Shown: positions 18,201 to 24,522, counted from the stretch's first letter. The stretch: 32,000 nucleotides of DNA from Planctomycetota bacterium (GCA_030746555.1 JASLMK010000072.1:12257-44256); one strand, 5' to 3'. Notes: a model not told the origin generated them from the sequence alone. Program-made: numbers and translations.

Positions 18201-18268
18201 GAGAGGATCCCGTCCTCAGCCCGAGACCGCGGTCTCCCCGAGCCGGCGGTGAGCCGGGACGGGGTCAT
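15215..18268 (-). CDS. Fusion protein: class-III (omega) PLP aminotransferase domain (N-terminal) + acyl-ACP-reductase (AAR/COG5322)-like NAD(P)-binding reductase domain (C-terminal)
   Basis: Aminotransferase blocks: GGFGAALFGHNHPEL, ANSGAEAVEGAIKHA, AFHGKTTGA, IEPIQGEGGI, LIFDEIQTGMGRTG and LLSKSLGGG (PLP Lys). After a Pro/Arg linker (about residue 600), the C-terminal ~400 aa (nt 15215-16423) align by eye to cyanobacterial Aar. Matches are FLGHFIHP (Aar LIGHLTS), GYGGFTSIITGN (ALGGFTSII), LTSGNSLTVAMG (FTTGNTHTAWV), AAVIGALGNIGSVYG (VAVVGATGDIGSAV), ACVSESLLMGLEG (ACFAEAMLLEFEG) and ITIERVEAIMEVARKHGF (ITIEKMEAIGEASVRHGF). An alternative start is GTG 18190, preceded by GGAGG 5 nt upstream. 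Confidence 0.85.
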   Translation of the reverse strand: MTPSRLTAGSGRPRSRAEDGILSEEPVPQTDSAKYTEHCRPSIGKRLRAMRMDVTYHRGEGARLFHRDEDGAEVAVSDFVGGFGAALFGHNHPELVRRARETLAAGLPFNSQGSARPEAANVGERLGEMLAARTGRRYLTALANSGAEAVEGAIKHATLVWRNRLRARVRGARADGVRIRRRADLESLGIAEELAELVRGPSLPAELSEHPPTAVLELRTLVHRTAGEPAGVEGPVAEALERLDAHNQRTLAELPAPAFLALERAFHGKTTGAVQLTHHDEYRKPFAGFGVETEFVPCFDEEALERIVARRTQCLYRPVIRAGPAGEELALEPMPLVTVAGLFIEPIQGEGGIHPVPPAFLESCRGVADAAGFPLIFDEIQTGMGRTGTFLFAEQLGVVADYYLLSKSLGGGLAKISALLLDAAQYDEEFGRIHTSTFAEDCHSAALAVAALDLLERDAEIYGRCERVGAELLERLEGVRREFPGVIAEVRGAGLMIGVELRSQAESACTTLRALGQQHLFGYVVAGYLLHEHRLRVFPTLSNSDTLRLEPPYCVSAQDCERLIGGLRRLCEAIEKQNTYELLRFVAGDETPGTEGPIADRRRPAPPPSAPPERRRVAFLGHFIHPRELLDFDPGLEGFTEEQLEALMDRFKDIIDPFLMPVITVRSSAGAVADFQLIALFESSATIGAHMRARNHRFLDEKIEIAVDLAKREGCQVMGYGGFTSIITGNCTDVKNTGSLALTSGNSLTVAMGFESIRRTAAEEGIALGTACAAVIGALGNIGSVYGDLLARHVPRMILVGRPSHRRRLRAVAGRILEEAFETLRGCDTGQRASLSGIAGSLADTEPALRLLEGRESPADLGPWLFAELERTLGASSPLRVSGDLTDLVDATLIVSTTNDPGPVLFPSMLGPGPVVICDISVPTDTDPSVRTERPDVTVILGGVVKLPCNEDFRIPGVTVATGETHACVSESLLMGLEGIDEHYSFGPITIERVEAIMEVARKHGFALGRIKDAPSY

Positions 18269-18353
18269 TGTATCCCAGCCGTACCCCGCGCGCGAACGCG
18301 CCGACGCACGGGCGAGCCGACGGCGCGTGGCACTCGGAGAGGAGGGGGCTTCG

Positions 18354-19274
18354 TCAGTCCTTCTCGAGGACCTCGCCGTTCTCGAAGAGCAGGATCGAGT
18401 CCGCGACGAGCATGACCGTCTGGAACCGCGAGAAGGCGCCGGCGACGGTCGGGTATCCGTACTCGAAGGTGGAGCCGTCCATGAACAGGAAGGCGCTGCC
18501 GTCCTCGGCCACGTGGCGCACGCGTCGGGTCCGGTAGACGAGTCCCTCGTCGTCTCCCGGCCCGCGCACGAGCTCCGCCTCGCGGTGCCCCTGGCCCTCC
18601 AGCCAGATCCGCCGGCCGCCTGAGTGCAGGAACGCCCTTGCCCGCGGCGCGAGGAAGTCCAGAGGCCCGCGCACGTCGACCCGCACGCCGTTGTCGAGGG
18701 TCAAGCGCTGCTTGTCGATGCCCGAGGAGCGCGCCCAGAAGCCGCGGCTCACCGGGCGGGCTCCGCCCCGCGCCGTCCCGTCGGCTGAGGCGCTCCGCCG
18801 ACAGAGGTAGCGCACCGGCTCGGCGCCGCGCTCGGTCAGGGTGGCGACCCCCAGGGCGGTCTCTCCCGCGCCAAGGACCGTGAACTCCAGGCGCAGCCGC
18901 TCGACGTCCCGTCGCTCGGGCAGCTCGAACAGTGCGCTCTCGACATGGCCGCGGCGCCAGGCCTCGATCAGCTGCACGCCGTCCCCGAGCCCCTCGATGA
19001 CCGGCGAGCCGTCGCTCGCCGCGAGGTCGACCGACCACTCCTTCGGCAGCGTCTCCCCGGGCCACAGGGCCCGCGTCGCCGCCCGGTCGAGGTGCCAGGA
19101 GCCGAAGATCTCCCCCGGCGAGGCGCGCGGAAAGCCATCGGTGGGTGTGGTCGCCGCTTCGGCCGGCCCTCCCGCGGCATCCACCCTGCCCTCGCCTTGC
19201 CGCAGTCCGCCGACGATCGCACCCAGCACTCCCGCCGCCAGCGCCCACCTGCTCCAACCGATCGCGTCGCTCAT
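18354..19274 (-). CDS. Hypothetical membrane-anchored/exported protein (306 aa)
   Basis: This is the C-terminal 306 codons of the track ORF 18354..19943, starting at ATG 19274. It begins MSDAIGWSRWALAAGVLGAIVGGL (TM/signal anchor), followed by a mixed-composition soluble domain ending FLFMDGSTFEYGYPTVAGAFSRFQTVMLVADSILLFENGEVLEKD. I recognise no family. Confidence 0.6.
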   Translation of the reverse strand: MSDAIGWSRWALAAGVLGAIVGGLRQGEGRVDAAGGPAEAATTPTDGFPRASPGEIFGSWHLDRAATRALWPGETLPKEWSVDLAASDGSPVIEGLGDGVQLIEAWRRGHVESALFELPERRDVERLRLEFTVLGAGETALGVATLTERGAEPVRYLCRRSASADGTARGGARPVSRGFWARSSGIDKQRLTLDNGVRVDVRGPLDFLAPRARAFLHSGGRRIWLEGQGHREAELVRGPGDDEGLVYRTRRVRHVAEDGSAFLFMDGSTFEYGYPTVAGAFSRFQTVMLVADSILLFENGEVLEKD

Positions 19275-19446
19275 CCGGGGCCTCCCATCGCGGACCAATC
19301 CTCCGTCGCGCGAGGACCGTAGCACCTCGCGAGACTCCAAGGAAACGCCGTTCCGACGGGAAGTCGCCGGTCTCCCGCGTCGCGCGATCGACGGCCCCGA
19401 GCTTCTTCCGCTCTCCCCCGGTGTCCACCGCGGCCCAGCACCTAGA

Positions 19447-19971
19447 ATGGGCTTCGGCATGACCCCGCCCGGTAGACCGGCCGAGGGGAGCGACCCTGGC
19501 CGCGCCCGCCTCGCCCCCTGGAGGAGCCTCCTCCTGCTGCTCCTGCTCGCCCCTCTCCCATGCGTCCTCGGGCTCTCCCTGCGTCGGGCGCCGGAATCGG
19601 CGCTCAGCCCCCGCCTTCCCCTCTGGCTGGACGGCGCCTTCCGGGAGGCGGGGACCCTCCTCGCCGGGAGCGACGGCACGCGGGTGCGACTGACCGCCGC
19701 CTCCCTGAGGCTCGAGGCGGCCCACACCCCAGGCCTCGTCTCGAGCGCCAAGGCCCTCGTCGCCCGGGACGTGCTGTTGCACCCCGTGGATGGGGACAGG
19801 CCGGAGTGGGCCTTCCGCCGCCTGGAGCTGGCGACCGAGCTCGGCCCCCACGCCTGGTTCGGCCCCGTCCGCTGTACGGGTGTCGATGGCAGCGTGGAGA
19901 CGAGCGAGGCGCCCCGAGGATGGCTCACGATCGTCGACGGCACGGTTCGCTGGCGAGCAGGGAGCCGCTGA
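19447..19971 (+). CDS. Hypothetical small exported protein (174 aa)
   Basis: In-frame ATG at 19447 (second ATG at 19459) inside track ORF 18841..19971. It has a signal-like WRSLLLLLLLAPLPCVLGL, strong third-position GC bias and non-repetitive composition. It is divergent from 18354-19274. Confidence 0.55.
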   Translation: MGFGMTPPGRPAEGSDPGRARLAPWRSLLLLLLLAPLPCVLGLSLRRAPESALSPRLPLWLDGAFREAGTLLAGSDGTRVRLTAASLRLEAAHTPGLVSSAKALVARDVLLHPVDGDRPEWAFRRLELATELGPHAWFGPVRCTGVDGSVETSEAPRGWLTIVDGTVRWRAGSR

Positions 19972-19991
19972 GAGTTCGGCGCGAGCGCCGG

Positions 19992-20819
19992 TCAGCGGGG
20001 CCGGGCCGCGTAGAGGACGAGGACGCCCAAGGCGCCCTCGGCGGCGGCGGCCAGCACTCCGCCCAGCACCTCGGCCTCGGGACCGGCCCCGGCCAGGGTA
20101 GCCAAGGCGTTGCTCAGCCGCGTCCACCCGAGCCATCCCAAGAGAGGCCCCCCGTAGGAGAGCGCACCCATCCAGCGCGCCGACCACTGGACCGCGCACA
20201 GGGCGAGGGCCGCCATCAGCAGCACGAACAGCGCGTGGCTGCAGAGTCCGGGGAGGACGGGGGTCTCGGGCGGGGTGAACGCCACGGTCGCCGCGAGCTC
20301 CTCGAGGGAAGCGACCCTCCCCTCGCGAACCCGGGGTCCGGCCGGGTCCGGACGGAACTCCACCCAGCGCCACTCCCCCTCGCCCCGGCGTAGAGCGGCA
20401 CCCCAGGCATCGCCCGACTCCCAGGTCACTCGCCCGGGGGCCTCAGCGTCCGTCCACACCATCCCGACCGCGTCACCCGCCCCGAGCAGGGCGAGGGTGG
20501 CGGCCAGGGCGCCGCCGGAGACCCGGGGAAGGGGCAGGCCCGCGCAGGCGACCATCGTGTGCTGGCGTCTTCCGACCCAGAGCGCCAGGGCACCGGTGAA
20601 CCCGAGGGCGCAGGCGAGGGGCCAGCACACCAGGAGATGGTTCGCCGCGGCCTCGACGACCTTCACCGCGATGCGACCGGGCGGGGAGCTTCCCAGCTCG
20701 TGGGCATGACGGAACGCGGACGCCGCCACGCTCAGGACCGTCACGACCGCCACCGCGGCCGCAGTCTGGTGGAGGACATCGCCGACGAGATGCCGCCCCA
20801 AGCGGCTCATGAGCGCCAC
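19992..20819 (-). CDS. LptF/LptG (YjgP/YjgQ)-family permease-like protein (second of a tandem pair)
   Basis: 275 aa with an N-terminal TM cluster, a central soluble segment (TDAEAPGRVTWESGDAWGAALRRGEGEWRWVEF) and a C-terminal TM cluster. GRRQHTMVACAGLPLPRV resembles the family motif (E..a..a.G.S). It overlaps the upstream paralog by 13 nt. Confidence 0.6.
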   Translation of the reverse strand: MALMSRLGRHLVGDVLHQTAAAVAVVTVLSVAASAFRHAHELGSSPPGRIAVKVVEAAANHLLVCWPLACALGFTGALALWVGRRQHTMVACAGLPLPRVSGGALAATLALLGAGDAVGMVWTDAEAPGRVTWESGDAWGAALRRGEGEWRWVEFRPDPAGPRVREGRVASLEELAATVAFTPPETPVLPGLCSHALFVLLMAALALCAVQWSARWMGALSYGGPLLGWLGWTRLSNALATLAGAGPEAEVLGGVLAAAAEGALGVLVLYAARPR

Positions 20820-21904
20820 GCCGTAACGCTCAGGACCAGCCAGGCGACGACGCCTGGGCCCACGGCGGTGGCGGCCAGGAGGGCCACGGAGAGGCTCGGG
20901 GCATCACCGGCGAAGGAACGAGCCCCCGCTGCCATCCAGGCCGACAACGAGCAGACGACCAGGAACGCGACCAGGCCTGGCAGCGCCCGGTCCGCTCCGA
21001 TCGGGAGGTTGTACAGGCAGAGCGACACCTGGAGGGCGGCGAGCGCGGGCAGGGCCGCGAGCAGCAGGCGGTAGAAGGGCTCGACACGGTAGCGGTTCGC
21101 TGCCGTCCGCGCCGTCGGGCCGACGATGGCCCGGGCCTGACGGGCGTCCGAGGCCAGCCGCAGCAGGGGCCGGCTGTCCGCCTTCAGCCAGGAGCCGCGC
21201 CCCGCTCGCGCGAGCGCCGGCAGCCAGGCCCGGATCCGGGCGTGACCGAAGCGCAACGAATCCCCGGCGAGGCCTCGGCCCGCGGTCACGCCGTCAGTCA
21301 GCTCGATCAACAGGTCGCCGTCCTCTTCGAGCGCGAAGCTCGCCTCCGCGGCCGCGAAGGCCGCGAAGCCCTCCCGTGTGTCCTCGACGGCGAGGGCGAA
21401 GTCCTCGATGCGACCGTCGCCGTGGGGACGGCCGCCGAAGGCGATGTGCTCGAGGTCCTGCGAGCCGGCGCACTCCTCGAGGAGAGACCCGACCAGCTCC
21501 GCGCTCATCCAGTCCGTGCTCCGCACGGCCCGGGCGGCGGCCGGGTGGGCCTCCACCAGCAAGGCGCCGGACGCCAAGCTGAGGAGCACGGCGGGCAGGA
21601 GCGTCCAGCGCAGCGCCCATGCGGGCGAGCGCGCGCCGAGTACGAGCGCCGCGGTCTCCCCCGTCTCGTGCATGCGGGCGTGAAGCAGGGCGACGCCGCC
21701 GGCGGCCGCCAGGGGAAACAGCAGCGGGGCGGCCAGCACCACCGCGACCTTCATGGCGAGCCAGGGACGCAGGGCGAGCAGCGCCCCCGCCTGCCCCGCG
21801 TCACCCGAGAGCAAGATGAGGAACAGCAGCGGACCCAGGGCCGCCAGGACGGCCAGGGTCGTGCCCGAGGCGTTGCGGAGGAGGTACTGCGCGAGGGCGG
21901 GCAT
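20807..21904 (-). CDS. LptF/LptG (YjgP/YjgQ)-family permease
   Basis: Starts at ATG 21904 (MPALAQYLLRNASGTTLAVLAALGPLLFLILL; compare E. coli LptF MIIIRYLVRETLKSQLAILF). MHETGETAALVLGARSPAWALRWTLLPAVLL compares with LptF LYTESEITVMHACGLSKAVLVKAAM. The protein has a central periplasmic-type domain and a C-terminal TM cluster. The 147-codon upstream extension in the track is rejected. Confidence 0.7.
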   Translation of the reverse strand: MPALAQYLLRNASGTTLAVLAALGPLLFLILLSGDAGQAGALLALRPWLAMKVAVVLAAPLLFPLAAAGGVALLHARMHETGETAALVLGARSPAWALRWTLLPAVLLSLASGALLVEAHPAAARAVRSTDWMSAELVGSLLEECAGSQDLEHIAFGGRPHGDGRIEDFALAVEDTREGFAAFAAAEASFALEEDGDLLIELTDGVTAGRGLAGDSLRFGHARIRAWLPALARAGRGSWLKADSRPLLRLASDARQARAIVGPTARTAANRYRVEPFYRLLLAALPALAALQVSLCLYNLPIGADRALPGLVAFLVVCSLSAWMAAGARSFAGDAPSLSVALLAATAVGPGVVAWLVLSVTAWRS

Positions 21905-21966
21905 GGCTCGTCCCCGCCCTGCGCGGACGTCTCGACCGTGCGGGGCGGGGGCTGGCCCCGGGCGGG

Positions 21967-23298
21967 TCAGTAGACCCACTCCAGCGGGTACCCGATCCAG
22001 GCGGTGTCCCAGGCGGCATTCAGCTCGTTCCAGGAGTCCAGGGCGTCCTGCGCTTCCAGCACATCGCCCGAGAGGTGCCAGTACAGCAGGGCGAGGTCGG
22101 AGAACAGGAGGCGGTCGAAGGAGTCCAGGCTGGCGTAGGTGTACTCCTCGCCGCTGTAGTCGGGCAGGAAGACCCGGCCCGCGTAGGTGTCGCTGTCGAA
22201 GATCAGATCGGCGTCGAGCTGGAGCTCGGGCAACACCACGATCTCCCAACCGTCGACGAACGAGACCTCGGGGATGTAGGACGGGCCACCGTCGATCGCC
22301 GCACGCACGCCCATGAGCCAGGTTGCACCCTGCTCGAACCTCCATAGGGCCTCATCGGTCACGTACAGCGCGTCGTCCCAGCTATTGGGATCCTCCTCGT
22401 ACTCCATCCCGCGGAAGAGGTCGTCGATGGCGGCCAAGAGGGCGGTGCGCGCCGAGTTCAGGAGGGTCTGCGCCTGGGGGGAGGTCTCGAACGTGTTGTG
22501 CGTGAGCAGGTCGTCCGCGCTGTTCAGGACGCCTTCGCGCCCCGTGGTCGAGGTCATGCCCTGGACGATGTCGTCCGGCGAGAGTCCGCAGTACAGCCGA
22601 TAGGGCGGCGCCGCCTCGTCCGGCACGTACTCGAGCGCGCGCTCGTAGATTGGGTACAGGTCCGCCTCGAGGTCGATCACGGCCTGCAGGTACAGGGCCG
22701 CACTCAACATCCTCAGACCCGAGGCGGCCAACTGGCAGTCGCCGTAGTCGAATTCGGTCTCGGGGAGGTCGTTGAGCCCCCTCAGGTCGTAGCGGAACTC
22801 CACAGAGACCTCCTCCAGCAACTCCGCCGCGTCCATCAGCTCCGAGACCAGGTCCTGCGAGAGGAACTCCTGGATGCGCCCGACCCTCGGGAAGTCCTCT
22901 CCGGGAGGCTCGAGGCCGACGGGGGCGTCGTCGTAGCGGACGAAATCCAGGAGGAACTGGCCGTAGAGGTGGACGCCCATGACGTCGAGCAGTCGGCCCA
23001 GGGTCGAGGACCCTTCGTTGTCGTCCAGGAACACCACCAGGCGCACGACCGACAGGAGCACCCGTGCCATGTCGTGGTCCTCGGCCACGCGCGGGTCGCC
23101 GAGGGCGTCCTCGAGCACGTTTCGAGCGGCCAGGAAGCCGGCTCTCGACTCCTCGTTGAGGTTCTCGACGGTGACCTCGATCGGCTGGTCGACGGAGCGA
23201 CTCCCGCCTCCGCCACAGGCCGAGAGGAGCGCCGCGAGGCCGGAACACAGGAGCGTGGGAGCCGAGGGTCTAGGAGACTCGGTGGTCGTGAGCAGCAT
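21967..23298 (-). CDS. Acidic lipoprotein of unknown function (443 aa)
   Basis: Signal peptide with lipobox: LLCSGLAALLSAC-GGGGS. The mature protein is rich in D/E/Y/W/L and of normal complexity. It is the first gene of an apparent operon with the two Lpt-like permeases (62-nt gap). Confidence 0.8.
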   Translation of the reverse strand: MLLTTTESPRPSAPTLLCSGLAALLSACGGGGSRSVDQPIEVTVENLNEESRAGFLAARNVLEDALGDPRVAEDHDMARVLLSVVRLVVFLDDNEGSSTLGRLLDVMGVHLYGQFLLDFVRYDDAPVGLEPPGEDFPRVGRIQEFLSQDLVSELMDAAELLEEVSVEFRYDLRGLNDLPETEFDYGDCQLAASGLRMLSAALYLQAVIDLEADLYPIYERALEYVPDEAAPPYRLYCGLSPDDIVQGMTSTTGREGVLNSADDLLTHNTFETSPQAQTLLNSARTALLAAIDDLFRGMEYEEDPNSWDDALYVTDEALWRFEQGATWLMGVRAAIDGGPSYIPEVSFVDGWEIVVLPELQLDADLIFDSDTYAGRVFLPDYSGEEYTYASLDSFDRLLFSDLALLYWHLSGDVLEAQDALDSWNELNAAWDTAWIGYPLEWVY

Positions 23299-23320
23299 GT
23301 CGAAGGGGTCCTTTCGCCTG

Positions 23321-23364
23321 TCTCAGCGTGCAGGAGCGCGCATCTCAGCGTGCAGGAGCGCGCA
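23321..23364. repeat. Perfect 22-bp tandem direct repeat (2 copies) in the upstream region of the lipoprotein operon
   Basis: tctcagcgtgcaggagcgcgca at 23321-23342 is repeated exactly at 23343-23364, and the next 2 nt (tc) also continue the unit. In gene orientation the unit is TGCGCGCTCCTGCACGCTGAGA. It lies 23-66 nt upstream of ATG 23298. Confidence 0.95.
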
Positions 23365-23469
23365 TCGTGACCGGGATTCCGGGGAGATCCCGCGCTCCCC
23401 CGAGGGGGCTGCCCGCACGGCCTCGCAGGGGGCCGCCGGGCGATCCCGCTCGCGCCTGGGGTGCAGGAT

Positions 23470-24522
23470 TCAGCCGCCCTCGTCCGCCAGGGCCAAGAGG
23501 GCCAGGGCGGTGGCGGCGCGGGAGAGGTAGTGCTTGCCGTCGCGGCGGGGGGAGCGGGTGGTCCAGGTGCCGTCGGCGCCCTGGCGGGCGCGCAGCCAGG
23601 CCAGGGCGCGGGCCACGGGGGCGTCGTCGGGAGACGCTCCGGTGCGCAGCAGCACGTAGGCGGCGAGGGCCGTGGGGTAGGCCTCGCTCTCGGCGGTCTG
23701 CGGCTCGCCGCCGTCTCGTTTCCAGTCGGGAGCCGCCAAGGAAGCCATCGACCAGCCGCCGTCGGCCTCGACCGCCTCGATCAGGCGCGTACGCCAGGCG
23801 GTACGGTCGGCGCGGGACGCGACCCGCGGCCAGGAGGCGGCGGCCCACAGGCGCATGGCGGCGTCGTGCAGGCCCGGAGGTGGTTGCTCGCGCAGGCCGT
23901 CGGCCAGCAGGCGCGCCGCGCGCCGGTCCGCCGCTCTCAGGCCGCCGGCCTCGCGCAGCTCGCCCAGGGCAACGAGCATCAAGGTCGGCCCGAAGCGCAG
24001 GTCGCTCTCGTAGGGCGGCCAGTTGCAGCGCAGCCAGTCCTCCCAGACGCCGTCGCTCCCCAGGGTCCCCCAGGCGTGGTCGAGGGCGCGCAGGGTGACC
24101 GGGTGCGCGGGCCCGCCCAGGCGCGCGTCGCTCAGGGCCAGGAAGGCCGCCGTCGACACCATCCCCTCGACGCTGCCGTGCTGCCCGTGGGGCTCGTCCT
24201 CGCCGTCGAGGAAGCGCGTCAGGTACTCGCGGGCGAAGGCCCGGCCCGGCTTCAGCTCCGCCGACTCCGGCGCGATCACGGGCAGGGCCGCGAGGGCCCA
24301 GCCGTTGGTGTGGCAGGAGACGCAGTCGCGCCGCTCCCCCCACTCCCGGGCCAGGCGGGCGAGGGCGGCGGCGCCACGACGGAGCTCCTCACCGTCGCCG
24401 CGGCCATCCGCGCACCCGACGCCCCGCCCCGCGGCGCGGCCGTCGACGCCTCCGCCGGACGCCAAGCCCAGGAGCACCGCGCAAGGAGCGAGGGCGAGGA
24501 ACACGACACGATGACCAGCCAT
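23470..24522 (-). CDS. Secreted protein with prenyltransferase/squalene-oxidase-like (alpha/alpha toroid) repeats and a CxxCH motif
   Basis: Starts at ATG 24522 (MAGHRVVFLALAPCAVLLGLASGGG signal). It has a heme-c type motif (RRDCVSCHTNGW) and terpenoid-cyclase-like repeat signatures (IEAVEADGGWS and LRARQGADGTWT). The fold assignment is tentative. Confidence 0.65.
   Translation of the reverse strand: MAGHRVVFLALAPCAVLLGLASGGGVDGRAAGRGVGCADGRGDGEELRRGAAALARLAREWGERRDCVSCHTNGWALAALPVIAPESAELKPGRAFAREYLTRFLDGEDEPHGQHGSVEGMVSTAAFLALSDARLGGPAHPVTLRALDHAWGTLGSDGVWEDWLRCNWPPYESDLRFGPTLMLVALGELREAGGLRAADRRAARLLADGLREQPPPGLHDAAMRLWAAASWPRVASRADRTAWRTRLIEAVEADGGWSMASLAAPDWKRDGGEPQTAESEAYPTALAAYVLLRTGASPDDAPVARALAWLRARQGADGTWTTRSPRRDGKHYLSRAATALALLALADEGG

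Noticed and set aside
15128-18415. 1095-aa plus-strand ORF
   Set aside because: It is antisense to the aminotransferase-reductase fusion. Its composition is dominated by G/A/R/D/E/V/L repeats of the mirror-frame type, and it has no motifs.
19977-19990. Palindrome CGGCGC-GA-GCGCCG between the convergent genes 19447-19971 and 19992-20819, as a possible bidirectional terminator
   Set aside because: The stem is effectively only 5 bp once a viable loop is allowed, and there is no U tract. It cannot be distinguished from chance in GC-rich DNA.
18265-20373. 702-aa minus-strand ORF spanning three called genes
   Set aside because: The sequence is extremely Arg/Gly/Pro-rich and has no motifs. It conflicts with better-looking frames at 18354-19274 (-), 19447-19971 (+) and 19992-20819 (-).
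23321-23364. The 22-bp tandem repeat as a possible CRISPR array or mobile-element end
   Set aside because: There are only two directly abutting copies and no spacers. No cas genes, transposase or matching inverted copy appear elsewhere in the window.
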